A DNA stretch of 64,000 nucleotides from an uncultured Methanosarcinaceae archaeon (GCA_963833425.1 CAWHXP010000005.1:160001-224000); one strand, 5' to 3'; shown: positions 23,374 to 35,556, numbered from the stretch's first letter. The notes: a model not told the origin generated them from the letters alone. Numbers and translations are program-made.

Positions 23374-24717
23374 TCAACTAACATCTCTAAATTTAGTATT
23401 AAGTTTCCGATGGGTATACGGTCTTGCGTCATTTCCTGTATAATTCGCGACAATGTGCCCCTTTCCCAAAAGTATATACTTATATATCAGCAATCCTTCC
23501 ATCCCCACAGGCCCGCGGGAATGGATCTTGTTTGTACTAATTCCTACTTCAGCTCCTTTCCCATAACGATATCCGTCTGCAAAACGAGTTGAGGCATTTA
23601 CCATGATACTTGAAGAGTCAACAAGTCCTATGAACTCTTTTCTCCTTGAAGCATTTTCAGTGATTATTCCATCAGTGTGATGGGAACCGAATTTGTTTAT
23701 GTGATCAATAGCTTCTTTTAAGGAACTAACGAGCTTTATCGAAAGGATTAGATCATCGTACTCTAGACTCCAGTCCTCTTCAGTTGACTTTTCAAGCGAA
23801 GAAAACCCTCTACTTACAAGTAGAGTGTAACTTTCGTTATCACATCGTAGTTCAACACCCGCCTCAATATATATTTCTGCCATTTTAAGTAAGAATACTT
23901 CTGCAATCCTACGGTTTACCAGGAGAGTTTCGATTGCATTGCATGCAGCAGGGTATTGCAATTTGGAGTCAAAGCAGACATTAAAAGCTGTATCGAGATC
24001 CGCATATTCATCCACATATACGTGGCATACTCCGCTAGTATGTCCAAGTACAGGTATTTTCGTATTGTTTTGTATAAACTTTACAAACTCATTTGAACCT
24101 CTTGGTATAAGGAGGTCGATATAGGTGTCAAGATTCAAAAGGTCCATCACTTCTTCTCTAGTTTCCATGAGCTGGAAAGCACCTTCTGGCATACCACTAG
24201 TAGATTCGATAGCTTTTAAAAGAATATTGAAAATAGTGCGATTTGACTCTCCTGCCTCGCTTCCACCTTTAAAAATAGTTGCATTCCCACTCTTCAAACA
24301 AAGTGACATGACCTGAGGTACTACATCGGGTCTAGATTCAAAGATAACTCCTATCAAGCCTATGGGACAACTTACCTGGTAGAGAACGAGATCCCTGTCA
24401 AGCTCAAGAGTAGAAATAGTATCTCCTACAGGATCTTTGAGCTTTATGACGTCTCTTATTCCTGCTATCATCTCATCAATCTTCTGGTCATTTACTTTGA
24501 GTCTGTCTACAAGGGCTTGAGTAAGCTTCCCGTTATTTTTCAGCTCAATTGCATATTCAAGATCCTTTGAATTTGCGTCTAGAATAACTTGTCTCCCTTT
24601 ATCGATGGCTTCAGCCATAGACTCTAAAGCTATATTTTTTATCCTTTCGCTTAAATTGGCAAGTTCGATTGACGCTTTTTTTGCAGTTATTACTTTGTTT
24701 ATAATCTCTTTAGCCAT
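23374..24717 (-). CDS. proA: Gamma-glutamyl phosphate reductase
   Basis: PIGLIGVIFESRP, IPRGS, ACNAIETLLV, NASTRFADG, GISTNKIHSRGPVG. Confidence 0.97.
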   Translation of the reverse strand: MAKEIINKVITAKKASIELANLSERIKNIALESMAEAIDKGRQVILDANSKDLEYAIELKNNGKLTQALVDRLKVNDQKIDEMIAGIRDVIKLKDPVGDTISTLELDRDLVLYQVSCPIGLIGVIFESRPDVVPQVMSLCLKSGNATIFKGGSEAGESNRTIFNILLKAIESTSGMPEGAFQLMETREEVMDLLNLDTYIDLLIPRGSNEFVKFIQNNTKIPVLGHTSGVCHVYVDEYADLDTAFNVCFDSKLQYPAACNAIETLLVNRRIAEVFLLKMAEIYIEAGVELRCDNESYTLLVSRGFSSLEKSTEEDWSLEYDDLILSIKLVSSLKEAIDHINKFGSHHTDGIITENASRRKEFIGLVDSSSIMVNASTRFADGYRYGKGAEVGISTNKIHSRGPVGMEGLLIYKYILLGKGHIVANYTGNDARPYTHRKLNTKFRDVS

Positions 24718-24869
24718 ATAATCACCATCTTTATCCAAAAAAGCCTATAGTTTCAATCATGTAGCTAGGAAACTAAACTCTTTAATCGTGTAATTAATTT
24801 AAAGAATATTGGGCATTGTCAGTATCTTGATGAAGAGTGCATAATTTTCGGAAAAATCTATAATATACT

Positions 24870-25500
24870 CCTTTTTTTTTGATCACTGTGCCATTACTAT
24901 TATACTTGTTTCCCGTTATCCAGTTTTCATATACATCAATGAGTATTGAGCCTGCTCATTTCAATATAGATTCCTGGTTAGAGAACGCCCTCAACATTTT
25001 GCTTCTTGTTTTAGTTCCTTGTAGTCCTTTCCATCATATTTGTTGTTCTTATTTTTTTTCCAGTAATTCTCTGGAAACTGAATATAATTCATCATATTTT
25101 ACTGGAAGCTTTCAAGCGCGTTAACTGCGCTTTTACATTCCAAACTATCAAGTTCAAGAACCAGGTTATGCCGCTTCTGAGGATTTATCAAATACTTATT
25201 TCAATTTCTCAATCACTTCGTTTTGCTTCTTTTTTGGCACAGTCTTGAGCACTTGTCTGATTAATTGACGTGACATGTCTGAAAGCTTATCCAAAAAAGA
25301 TTTTCTGATTTCTTTATTTATTACTTTACGCTCATCAGGAACTATTAACTTTAAACCTCTTAAACATCTTTCTTTCAGATCATCAAAGAGATCTTCAAAA
25401 AATAAAGAATATTCAATGTCTAATGATCTTGCTTCGAGGATTTTAAGGTAACCATCACACCCTAAATTCAAGCAACTGAGGGTTTCCAAGCCCTTGTTCT
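24870..25500 (-). mobile_element. IS256-family transposase remnant
   Basis: DGYLKIL...LFDDLKERCLRGLKLIVPD...IRQVLKTVPKKKQNEV, a degenerate IS256 DDE region. Confidence 0.7.
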
Positions 25501-25529
25501 GATATCAAAAAATATTCAAAGTCAAATAT

Positions 25530-25900
25530 ATTCATTTGTTTGGATTCTTCTTTTCCCTGTTTCCTTGGATTTCCAACATAGTCTTTAATTACATCGGAAG
25601 TTGTACCATGATTCACAGTTTCATTGTTACTTCGATCTGTCCAAAATTTATAAATTCTAAATTATTTTTTAATCTCAGAATATTTTTAAAGATTGTTCTT
25701 GCTTTGATGCTTTTTATAATCCACATCAATCCTGAAGGGAATGTTTTGGCTCAACACCAACAAAAAAATAAGCATTCTCTCGATTATTGCTGATTGCATC
25801 AAACTCAAAAAATGTATTTTACCAATTTGAAGGAAATATTTTTAAATAATTAATGATATAACCGTCTAAATAAAAATCTTTTAGATTTTCAACACAAAAA
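25530..25900 (-). mobile_element. IS200-family TnpA remnant
   Basis: Fragments IIKSIKARTIFK and GTTSDVIKDYVGN, similar to the relic at 44.6-45.0 kb. Confidence 0.55.
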
Positions 25901-26272
25901 ACGTGTTAGTCCGTTTTATTGACACAAATTTTGCATCACTTACTTATATTTTATAGTTAAAATGTACAATAAAATATAAATGAGCTAGTTAATAATGATT
26001 ATCAAAAAAGTTTCCGCCTCCCTTATCAAGCTGAGGGGTATTCGAAGAGATCAAATTATTTGAAAATTTTGAAGTATTCGAAGATAAGTACAGGGCGAAT
26101 TTGACAGTGTAGCTAAAGTTCTTTAAAAAATGAATGACCTATTGTTTTTTCTTTCACTGCAAAAAGTAGATGTAGAGCCAATAGCTTTACTGACCCAGCT
26201 TCTGTTTCTATTGTTTTCATTGACAATAGGTTTATGAAGTAAAGCTATGTATCTATTATTAGTGACGCTTGC

Positions 26273-27034
26273 CTATTTTTCTATTACTGTGAACCTCATA
26301 GTGAATTTCATCCCGTTGTCCCTTTTTAAGTTAAATTTCCCATCTAATTGGTCTACAAGGGAAGCTACCAGCTGAAATCCAAGACTATTAAGGCTTTCAA
26401 TTTCAAGGTTCTCAGGAATGCCCACGCCATTGTCTGAGACTCTTAGGATAAAACCAGTGCTCTTACAGCAATTCTTTTTGTTCCCTTCTCTACGAAGTTT
26501 GATTTCAATTTCTCCATTAGCTCTGCCGGAAAATGCATGCTTGAGGGAGTTGGAAATGAGTTCATTAATAATCATTCCTAATGGGACTGCAGTATCCATA
26601 TCAAAGAAAAAGTTTTCTTCCAGATCCATATTTAAGCTAATATCTGCATTTCCAAGCCTGTATGTCAGAAAAATATTTTCAACAAGTTTTCCAAGGTATG
26701 ATGCGAAACAAACTGTGTCATCTCCGCTCCCTTCATGCAGTTCCTCATGAATAAGAGCCATAGATATCACTCTGTGTTGGATTCCCCTGAACGCGTCTAG
26801 GACCTCTGAGTCCATTATATCCTTACGGTCTTTGAACTTTTCAGCCTGAAGGTCAAGAAGGGAAGAGATAACCTGAAGATTATTCTTGATCCTATGATAA
26901 ATTTCCTTTTTCCGGACATTTTCAATATTTGTCAGAGATTCCTCTACCTTTTTAAGCTTCGTAATATTCTGAAATGTTGTTCCCATTTGAATAGGGATAT
27001 TTTTTTTCATCAAAAATAACTTCATTTTGCTCAT
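26273..27034 (-). pseudogene. Sensor histidine kinase C-terminal part (HisKA_2 + HATPase), sensor domains missing
   Basis: EIYHRIKNNLQVISSLLDLQ, INELISNSLKHAF, VSDNGVG, SLGFQLV; begins at the tail of a PAS domain. Confidence 0.75.
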
Positions 27035-27836
27035 TGACTACACGTTCTTTTCATTAGCTAAGATAATCCTATGATCAATGTCATACGGTATTCTAGTTAA
27101 ATTTATTTTAATTGTATTTATGGGGTATAACTTAAGTAGTTTTTGAGGAATAGGTCATTGCTATGTAATAGCAGATGAAAATGTAAATAATACTAGGTTC
27201 TTAACATATATAATATTTTTAGTGTATAACATTATTTTATCTTTCTGGTTTTTCTATTCAATAATTTATTGAGTAGAAAAATTTCACATCTAAAGAAACC
27301 ATTATTGGAGCTTCTGAATTTATGCTGATCTATTTATTCCCAGAAAGCGCGGTGGGAACCTTCAGTCAAAACAATTCAAAACTTGGGGAAATTACTGTAA
27401 AAGGAATGAAAGTTTTCATGCTATCTTTGCTAGTTGAAGGAACTGTGCTTCTCGCAGCTGTCCATTCTCAGTCTATAAATCGAGTCAGAAAAGCAGTTTT
27501 TATTTAATCTAGTAAAGAATTTATTTTTTCTCTTTACTTTGTTGCTCATTATGCCTTTTTTCTTCGACATAAATGGATTCTGGTCTGCTTCACAGGCTGC
27601 AGAATCTATAATGATGTTTGTGATTATCGGAATGCTTTCAAAAGAATTTAAATATCTACTAAACAGTAGCTAAGGAGAATTTCGACATTTTTACTTTCGA
27701 GAATATGGTTGTGTGTAATCTTCGGGGCTAAGATAAATTTTCGCTAAGCTCTTGAGTAACTCATCATTCCAGCAACCGAAAATTACATAGAACGGGAATT
27801 AACAAATATTATATTTAGTAATTTCTCTTCATAATT

Positions 27837-29150
27837 ATGAAGAGAGCCAAAACGCTAGTATATAAAGATGTCAAAAGCACAAAAAAGGGCTTCAGATTTT
27901 ATTATCAGATTGATGACAAAGAATATTCTTTCTGGATATCAACTGATCATTCAAGGATAGAAAATAATGATGAATCTAAAAAGTTGGTTTCAGGTCATAT
28001 AGGTCTTTCCTTTCTAGTCGATATCGCAGTAATCTGCCTTCCTAGGAGAATAATCATAAATGCATTATATATCTCCAATGAGCAACTAAAACTCTGGAAA
28101 TGGATGTACGATGAAGGCTCATTAGAAAGGGCTTATGTTGAACAGATAGATTTGTTTTTTTTAGATACAGTCTGGGAAATGGACCATGAATCTGCTTTGC
28201 TTAAAATACTTAGTAAAATCAGACCTTTAGAAAATGTCACTATTTCCATGAGTGGAGGGAAGGAATCCATTACTGCACTGAATCTTTTGAAAAACTATCC
28301 TTCTCTGTCACTACTGTTTTTAGATTGTAATGATAAAAACTCATTTCATATGAGAAAAGCTTATGACTTGCTGAGAAAACATTTTAATAATTTCCAGAAC
28401 AACACCAATATAAGCCATACTGGAATATTAGTGAATAAATATGAATGCAAATATTATGCTATGTCTTTAATAGGGCAGCTAGTTTTCATCAGTTTTCTGT
28501 ATTCTGACAAGATAAATTATTTGATAATTGGGACTGAATATAGTTCAAATTTCGGAAATCCAGACGATAAAGGAATCACTCTTAACCATCAATTTGATAA
28601 ACCAATTCAATTTGCGAAAAGAGTCAATGATGATCTAAAAAATTATTTTAATAGTGTTATAAATTATACATCGCCGTTTTTTGGTTTATATGAATATAGA
28701 ATAGCTGAAATTTTTTTCTCTGATAATAATTATTTAGATATCTGGACAAGCTGCAATAACTCAAATTCAAAACGTAACTTTTGCTGCAAATGCCCGAAAT
28801 GTGCTTTTATATATATTATTTCTCTTCCTTTTGTAGAAAAATATATTTTAGATAAGTACTTTGTTGAAAATCCACTTGAAAATATATAATTATGCAAGCC
28901 GCTTATTGATATGCATTCCGATAACCCTATCGATTACGTGGGAGAAAAAAAGAATGTTGGGTAGCTCTTTATAAAATATTGGAGCAAAACAAATAAGTGA
29001 TTCCAATGTGATGCTGTATTATAAGAACGAAATCTTACCGAAAATATGGCAAGATTTGCAAAATATGGAATTAGAAGTCAAAACAGAACAATTTCAATTA
29101 AAGCATTTTCCGGATAAATTATTAAAATATATGCCAACTAGCTTTTTCGT
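27837..29150 (+). pseudogene. PP-loop ATPase related to MurL (UDP-MurNAc-L-Ala-L-Glu epimerase), 3' part broken
   Basis: SGGKES, GTEYSSNFGN, NHQFDK, TSCN...FCCKCPKCAF; TAA at 28887-28889, then NPIDYVG (cf. KPFECVG) and frameshifts. Confidence 0.65.
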
Positions 29151-30187
29151 TTCTGCCAGTCAGTTAACTGCACTAGGCTCAAACTTTACAATTTCGTCTT
29201 TGAAATCTATAAATGGAGATGATTCAAAAATTCAAAACTAGTCTTTAAATTTTCAAGTTCAGGATGATCGCTATAGCTTTATGATCACGGAAACTGTTCT
29301 GGAACTCTCATTGATACAAGAATAAAATTGGTTTTAGGATTAGCTCGTTAATTTACTTCTCAATTTCTCTTGCAATTGATAATGATTTAATTATATTCCA
29401 GCAATCTTACAATGAAAATAATTTAAATATTGAAAATATCATTATTATTCATATAAGAAATAAAATTCAATAACGCAAAAATCTGGGGAGTAGATATATG
29501 GAAATAAATCTAACCAAATAAAAAGGACTCTAGCTATTTTGCTGTGAGTGTTGCTTTTAGTAACAGCAATATCTACAGCAGTAAACACTAGAATTCTAAG
29601 TACGATACAAATTATAGGTTGTTTCGATAAACATCAGATTTCAACAGGTTCTGTGTAGTTTTTGGGAGTTGAGTGTATTTTTTTAGCTAACGCCGAATCC
29701 ATAAAATTGTTTCTTTTCAGTGTAACTTTAGTTCGACTTAAACCATTTTTAACCAGTAATAACGCCTGAAGTCTCATTTGTTCATCCGAAAACCTTCAAC
29801 AATTTTGTAAAATGGAGATCTAAGCCTGAAACTTGAGTTCTATTATATTTTTTCTTGCTTCATCGTGTTTATTTAATTTTTTTAAATAAACATTATGAGT
29901 TGTTCAAGCTTCTAAATCTGCGGCTTTGTTTTGGGTCTTGCCAATCAGTTGTTGATATTTCATCCTTGAGTAATCTTACCAGCTTCATCCGTTTTTAAGT
30001 TTACCTTTGGACAGGACATTAGGTATAAAAAATAAGTATATGAGTATCCCAAAAAAATCTCAACCTGTTCTGACTAACCACCTTGGATGTAGCAATAAAG
30101 TTGCAGAAAATAAGTATCGAAGAATGATAACTAAGTATCCTAAAAAACGAGGCAAATGATTGAAAGTGTTTAGAACAAAAATTCAGA

Positions 30188-30298
30188 TGCCCGGAGCGTG
30201 ACTCGAACACGCGACCTCCAGATATCTCAGGAGATTAAAGACGCCTTAACCAAAAGTCCCTATGAGTCTGGCGCCCCAACCGACTAGGCTATCCGGGC
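30188..30298 (-). tRNA. tRNA-Met(CAT), probably elongator, with a 37-nt canonical intron (30224-30260)
   Basis: Acceptor GCCCGGA/TCCGGGC-A, anticodon stem CCAGA/TCTGG with CAT, T-arm GCGTG-TTCGAGT-CACGC, bulge-helix-bulge (CTCA/TGAG helix). Confidence 0.95.
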
Positions 30299-30482
30299 TT
30301 TCAACACACAAATGTACGAAGCTATATTAAAGGATAGCGATTGGGAGTAATACAAAATTTTTATCAAATAGTTATTCTATGCTAATGCCCTGCAGCTTTC
30401 TGCGGAGATTGAAACCTTCCCAAAAATTGTTATTATTTAATGTATTTAGATGTTGCTCTACTTTTGCATTATAACATAGAAC

Positions 30483-30631
30483 GGTTCCGTTGCAAAAATA
30501 ATTTTACTGCCTTTTTAGGCTATAACTATTGCTTTTTGTATCATTATTGACCTGCTTATAGTATATAAATATCCCATTTGTAATGTTTTTCACTGGTTTT
30601 GTAAAATAGCCAAATTTTTTGCAACGGAACC
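30483..30631. mobile_element. IS6-derived MITE (149 bp)
   Basis: Perfect TIRs GGTTCCGTTGCAAAAA / TTTTTGCAACGGAACC; homologous to 1337-1485. Confidence 0.9.
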
Positions 30632-30675
30632 TTATATTTTAATATTTGCATTATGGCTCTATCCTTCAAAATTTT

Positions 30676-30827
30676 TGTTCTGTTACAAAAATAATTTTAA
30701 GATCTTTTTAGCTATAATTATTGTTTTTTGTGTATCATTATTGACCTGTTTACAGCATATAAATATCTCCCATTTGTGATGTTTTTAATTGATTTTGTAA
30801 AATAGCCAGATTTTTTGCAACGGAACC
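30676..30827. mobile_element. IS6-derived MITE, second tandem copy
   Basis: Degenerate left TIR TGTTCTGTTACAAAAA, intact right TIR, same internal sequence. Confidence 0.85.
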
Positions 30828-31069
30828 CTTTTTTATAAGTATGATTATTAAATAGCTTTCTATAGGCTCATTGTAATGTTTCATTTATTGATAATGTTTT
30901 GTATGACAGTATGAATAAAATAGATTCTAGAGTCTCTCAGGTGACTTAGTGGACATTATGGCAAAGTATTTTAGGATCGTATATTTGGTAGATTGTGATG
31001 GTAATCATGAAATGCTTATTCTAATTTTATAAAACAATATTAATATTTTTATAGAATAGTTTTGAAAAG

Positions 31070-32217
31070 TTATAGTCTTATAAACAACTTCATAAGAGTC
31101 GATATAACTATAGCAAGCATAATCCAACCAATTAATCCTTCTAATGTAACCCATTTTCTAAAGTTGTCTCTTGCATGCCAATCTGTTGAGCCCAATCGAG
31201 TGAATGTATTAATACTAAAATATAGAGCATCCCAATAAGATAAAATTGACTTTTTTTCAACTGCGTCTGATAATCTGTAAATTCCGGACTCTTTAAAATA
31301 AATATTTACAGGTTTCGCCTTATTTTTACTTTTGACAACAGATATGGTTGTATGTGGTCTATAGATGTAGGTAAAAGCTAATATAAAAAACCGTGAACAG
31401 TATAAATTGTGTATGAAAGTTTTGTACCGTAGCCGCAGGTAACCCAACTCAGAATATCCGTCAATATTGAAAATAATAAACATTTATTTCTCATTAAGAA
31501 TGTTTGATCGTTAAAAAATGGATAGTTAAAAAGTGATGAGAATTTATCTTTCAATAAAAATATTCGCTAGTTATAGTAAATATCATCTGCTTCTGCATAT
31601 AGTGCTCTGTTATTGTAATAATTCATGAAAATTTTGCAATTTTCTTCGCTAGTAACTATATTTTCAGATATTTTGGGTGCAATTAAGTAGGCATCTTTAT
31701 TAAAAGTCGCCCAGCGGAAGTCAGCATCATTATTAAAAATTCCTTCATAGAAGTCGGCAGAGTTATTAAATATCGCATTTTGGAAGTTGGAATAATTATT
31801 AAATTTCGCCCAGAAGGTAGTTCGTTCGTTAAATCTTGCTCTTGAGAAATCGGCGTAGTTATTAAACTTCGCATTGATGAAGTCGGCAGAATTATTAAAT
31901 AACACATTTGAGAAATTAAGACTGTTATTAAAAATCGAATTTATGACTTTGATATTGCTTTCAATAAAACCTAGTTTTTTGTTTAAATGTGGGTTATGAA
32001 TTGATCTTATAAGAACGGTTTTAAGTGTTGTGTTGTTTACATTTAATTCTCCAATTATGCGGCAATCTGTAAGATTTACGTCTTCACCATTTTCTATGTG
32101 TTTTAAGATTTCGTCTGCTTTAACTTCTCTGTATTAGATAGCCTGAACGGTCGTGGACAATAAGAAAATTAATAAAATTAATAACAGAATACAAAAGACT
32201 AAAGATCTGGCTTTCAT
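31070..32217 (-). pseudogene. Pentapeptide-repeat protein with a C-terminal potassium-channel-like (Ion_trans_2) domain, fragmented
   Basis: Signal peptide from ATG 32217, TAA after VQAI, repeated A.FNN.ADF units, WDALYFSINTFTRLGSTDW...EGLIGW. Confidence 0.8.
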
Positions 32218-32504
32218 TCTATCACTTGATTATAATCTCAAAACCATCATTTTTTATTTTTCTAAGGGTATTTGTACAAAATTTGGCTTTGTACAAAATC
32301 GTGTGATCCTTAACAATTTGGAAAGTTGATTTTTATCACTCAGAAAAATAGTATAGATAGGTAATAATTGTCGTCTTGCTATGCAAGAATGAAATTTTGC
32401 AATGCTATCTTATTTATGTATTTTACAATATAATAATTTTGAATAATGTATAAATAAATATAAGACATATTTGTTTTTAATCTTGAATAATTATTATAAT
32501 AATC

Positions 32505-33359
32505 TGTTCCGTTGCAAAAACTTCAAAAAAATATGTAAATCTATAAGTAATTAATAAAAATCAAAATATTCAAGGAAAATGTACTAACATTATAAAGCTA
32601 TACCAAATAATTGATTAATGTATTTGACTTCATTAAGAACAGAGTAATTTAGATTATTTACTTGTCCTTTTTTGATCATATTTATAGCTTCAATTCCTTT
32701 TAACGTCTTATTAGCAGATTTAAAAGACTGAAATCCTAACATTGGATTAACGATTCTCTTTATAGATCTGTGACCTTGTTCTATAATGTTATTCAAATAC
32801 TTGATTTGTCGAATGCCTACGTTTTTAGGTAATATTTTATCATTTTTTAGTTTATCTATAGCAGGTGGATAAGCTAGATTCTTATCAACGGTTATTAATC
32901 TTGGAATTTGATTATGATTAGAACTTAAAGCTTTCTTAAAGAATCTCTTCGCAGCTTTTAGATTTCGTTTTGCACTTAACATGAAATCAATTGGATCTCC
33001 ATTTGAGTCAACTGCTCGGTAAAAATATTTCCATTTACCTTTTACTTTAATATAGGTTTCATCAACTCTCCACGAATAGTTTGTTAGTCTTAAATGTCTT
33101 CTTATCTTCTTTTCTATTTCAGGGGAATATTGATGTACTCATCTCATGATTGTTGTATGGTCGACTTTTACTCCCCTTTCTGCCATCATTTCCTTTAAAT
33201 TTCTATAGCTCAATGGATATTTTAAGTACCATCTTACATTCAATAGGATAATTTCTCCTTCATAATGCTTTCATTTAAAGGAATTAGATAGCACATTAAT
33301 ATCTTTGGTTTTCTTTTTATTCTATTGTATCATTAGAAAGGATTTTTTGCAACGGAACC
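32505..33359 (-). mobile_element. IS6-family insertion sequence; transposase interrupted by two TGA codons
   Basis: TIRs at both ends; similar to 216-1067; TGA at 33271-33273 and 33139-33141; WRVDETYIKVKGKW and KYLNNIIEQ retained. Confidence 0.93.
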
Positions 33360-34115
33360 CTAAAATGGTAATGATACCTGCAGCTTGGTAGTTTATATGT
33401 TAGATAGTTCATTTACAATCTCTCCTGGTCAGACACATAACTACACTAAAACATTTTATTTTGGATCTATACTATAGTGTATTTATGAATCAAGGTACAA
33501 CATATGAATATTATAAGAGATAAATTTTTTTGTATATGTCCGGTATCTTAATAACTTTAACTAATTGTTACTATATGTAGCCCTGATCCTACGAACCATG
33601 ATAACAACCTTTTGGAATTTTTCTATTTATGATCGTGGTTTAGGCTAATTAGTTCCAAGTGTTCCATGAGCTCCAACTGCTCTATAAGTCACATAAGTTC
33701 CATGAATCATAGTCCTTTTCTTATTTAGTGTGGAACTTAGAAATGCAGAAATTTTAGCACAAAAACTATGCATGGAAAAAAACCTGAAAAAAAGACGAAA
33801 AAGGGAGATAAAACGGAATGTTCTTAAGAACCTCTGAAAATTCAAACAATTTGGTTGTCTTTAATAATGAGTTGATGTTTATCCAAAAAGTTACATATTG
33901 CTCTTTGCATCTCATTTCTTTCGCGGTGTAGTTTTGATTCTTTTGATGCAAGTAGGCTCAGAAAACGAGTGCATTTGAGCAAGGGGTGAAAATACAAAAT
34001 CACTTACAGAATCTTATAAATAACTCTACTGATTATATAGGCATTCAAATATAAGTTATATTGTTAAACTATGAGGTGCATAGATATATAGTCGAGAAGA
34101 ATTGGAGAAAATATC

Positions 34116-34484
34116 ATGAACGAAGTAAACACGAAACAAATGTTTTCTGCTATTATGGGATTTCTTAAAAAAGAAAATTATGATGGTATACCAGAATTTC
34201 TCGATAAACTTCTAGAAGAGGGTAAACTAACAGTATCTATGTTGCATGACTTCCTGAATAATGAATACCCAAAGGTTCCGTGGAAAACGATAGTTGCGTT
34301 AGTAAGTATTGGCATTTGTGTTGGTGTACCCCTCATACGGGAAATGAAAAAAGTTGTATTTGTAGATGATCTCGCTGTCCTTTATATAGCTACTAAATTA
34401 ATTGGAGCGGACTTACGGAATTATAGAGCTTGGAAAGAGAGTCGGACTTACACAGTTGAACACGTTAAACTCTTAACTGTCTAA
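34116..34484 (+). CDS. YkvA/DUF1232-like small membrane-associated protein
   Basis: YPKVPWKTIVAL...FVDDLAVL...DLRNYRAWK pattern; GGAG RBS. Confidence 0.55.
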   Translation: MNEVNTKQMFSAIMGFLKKENYDGIPEFLDKLLEEGKLTVSMLHDFLNNEYPKVPWKTIVALVSIGICVGVPLIREMKKVVFVDDLAVLYIATKLIGADLRNYRAWKESRTYTVEHVKLLTV

Positions 34485-34728
34485 TGCATAAATTTAATTT
34501 TGATGTCATAGTCCTTGATTTCGTTCGAATGTCCAAGAGCTTGCTGCGATGATAAAAAATTATCTAAGAATTATTATTGACTAACTGATTCATAGTTTTT
34601 AGCTACTTTTATAATGTAAATTGAACTGATGTATGTAAATCAAGGTTCTGTTATCATAGAAGAGCTCATTCACTGAAAGGGACTTAAAGTTTAGGTTCTT
34701 TTCATATTGAGAGGGAAAGTGGTGTTGT

Positions 34729-34820
34729 TTTATAATGTTAGTACATTTTCCTTGAATATTTTGATTTTTATTAATTACTTATAGATTTACATATTTTTTT
34801 GAATTTTTTGCAACGGAACC
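34729..34820 (+). mobile_element. Solo IS6 end fragment in the opposite orientation
   Basis: Reverse complement of 32505-32596, ending TTTTTTGCAACGGAACC. Confidence 0.8.
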
Positions 34821-35113
34821 ACCTAAAAAGATGATTGATAGACTTTTTAATTTCGCCTCTGGTGCCTAAATTTTACCATTAATTGCACTAACAGTTGACT
34901 AGAATAAATTAAAAAAGAAGAAGAAAATAGAAAATCTCAAAATTGGAAATGCTAACTGTAATCAAAAATTTTATAAAATTACATGCTGAAAACACAGCAC
35001 TAAAACAAAGATGAGAATGAGATAGAAGAATAAAAATATTTAGAGTAGACAATCTAAAGTGAAGTTCTTCAATAAGACATTCGAGTAGCATTATCTAAAG
35101 GTTGAAAAAAAAA

Positions 35114-35476
35114 TTAAGCAGAAGAAAGTTCTAAGATGGCTTCTGCCAGATTCCCGTTATACTTTATTAAGGCTTCAAGTGCCTCTTTTTCAGAAACACC
35201 AGTTTGTTCCATTACGAGCTTTATATCATCTGCGGGAATTTCCAGTTCTTTCGGGATTTCCTTTGCGTCACCTACAATCTGGTACGTTTCCGAGCCCTGA
35301 ACATTCATAATAGTGACATTTGCATTTTCTATAATGATATTTGAGTCTGCAGTCTTTATTATTACTTCCTGAACATCCTTGAGCTCTTTGACATTAATCC
35401 CCATCTGCTTCATCATTTGCTTCATTTTAGCCGGATTCATACCCCGGCCTCCCACTCCTCCTATTCCTGGAAACAT
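35114..35476 (-). CDS. nac: Nascent polypeptide-associated complex protein
   Basis: GMNPAKMKQMMKQMGI, TYQIVG, DDIKLVMEQTGVS...GNLAEAI. Confidence 0.95.
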   Translation of the reverse strand: MFPGIGGVGGRGMNPAKMKQMMKQMGINVKELKDVQEVIIKTADSNIIIENANVTIMNVQGSETYQIVGDAKEIPKELEIPADDIKLVMEQTGVSEKEALEALIKYNGNLAEAILELSSA

Positions 35477-35556
35477 AGATTTGATTCTCCTTTATTGATA
35501 GTTTTTTTGCTCTTTAAGGTTCTAGTTCACATACTTCTTCATGCTGCTATTTACCA

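Noticed and set aside
30188..30298. Integrated element at tRNA-Met
   Set aside because: No integrase and no duplicated tRNA end (att site) found in the window
33139..33273. UGA=Trp recoding suggested by two TGA codons at Trp positions in the IS6 transposase
   Set aside because: Intact genes here use TGG for Trp and end in TGA (e.g. 39566, 41604, 56939); simple G>A mutation explains it
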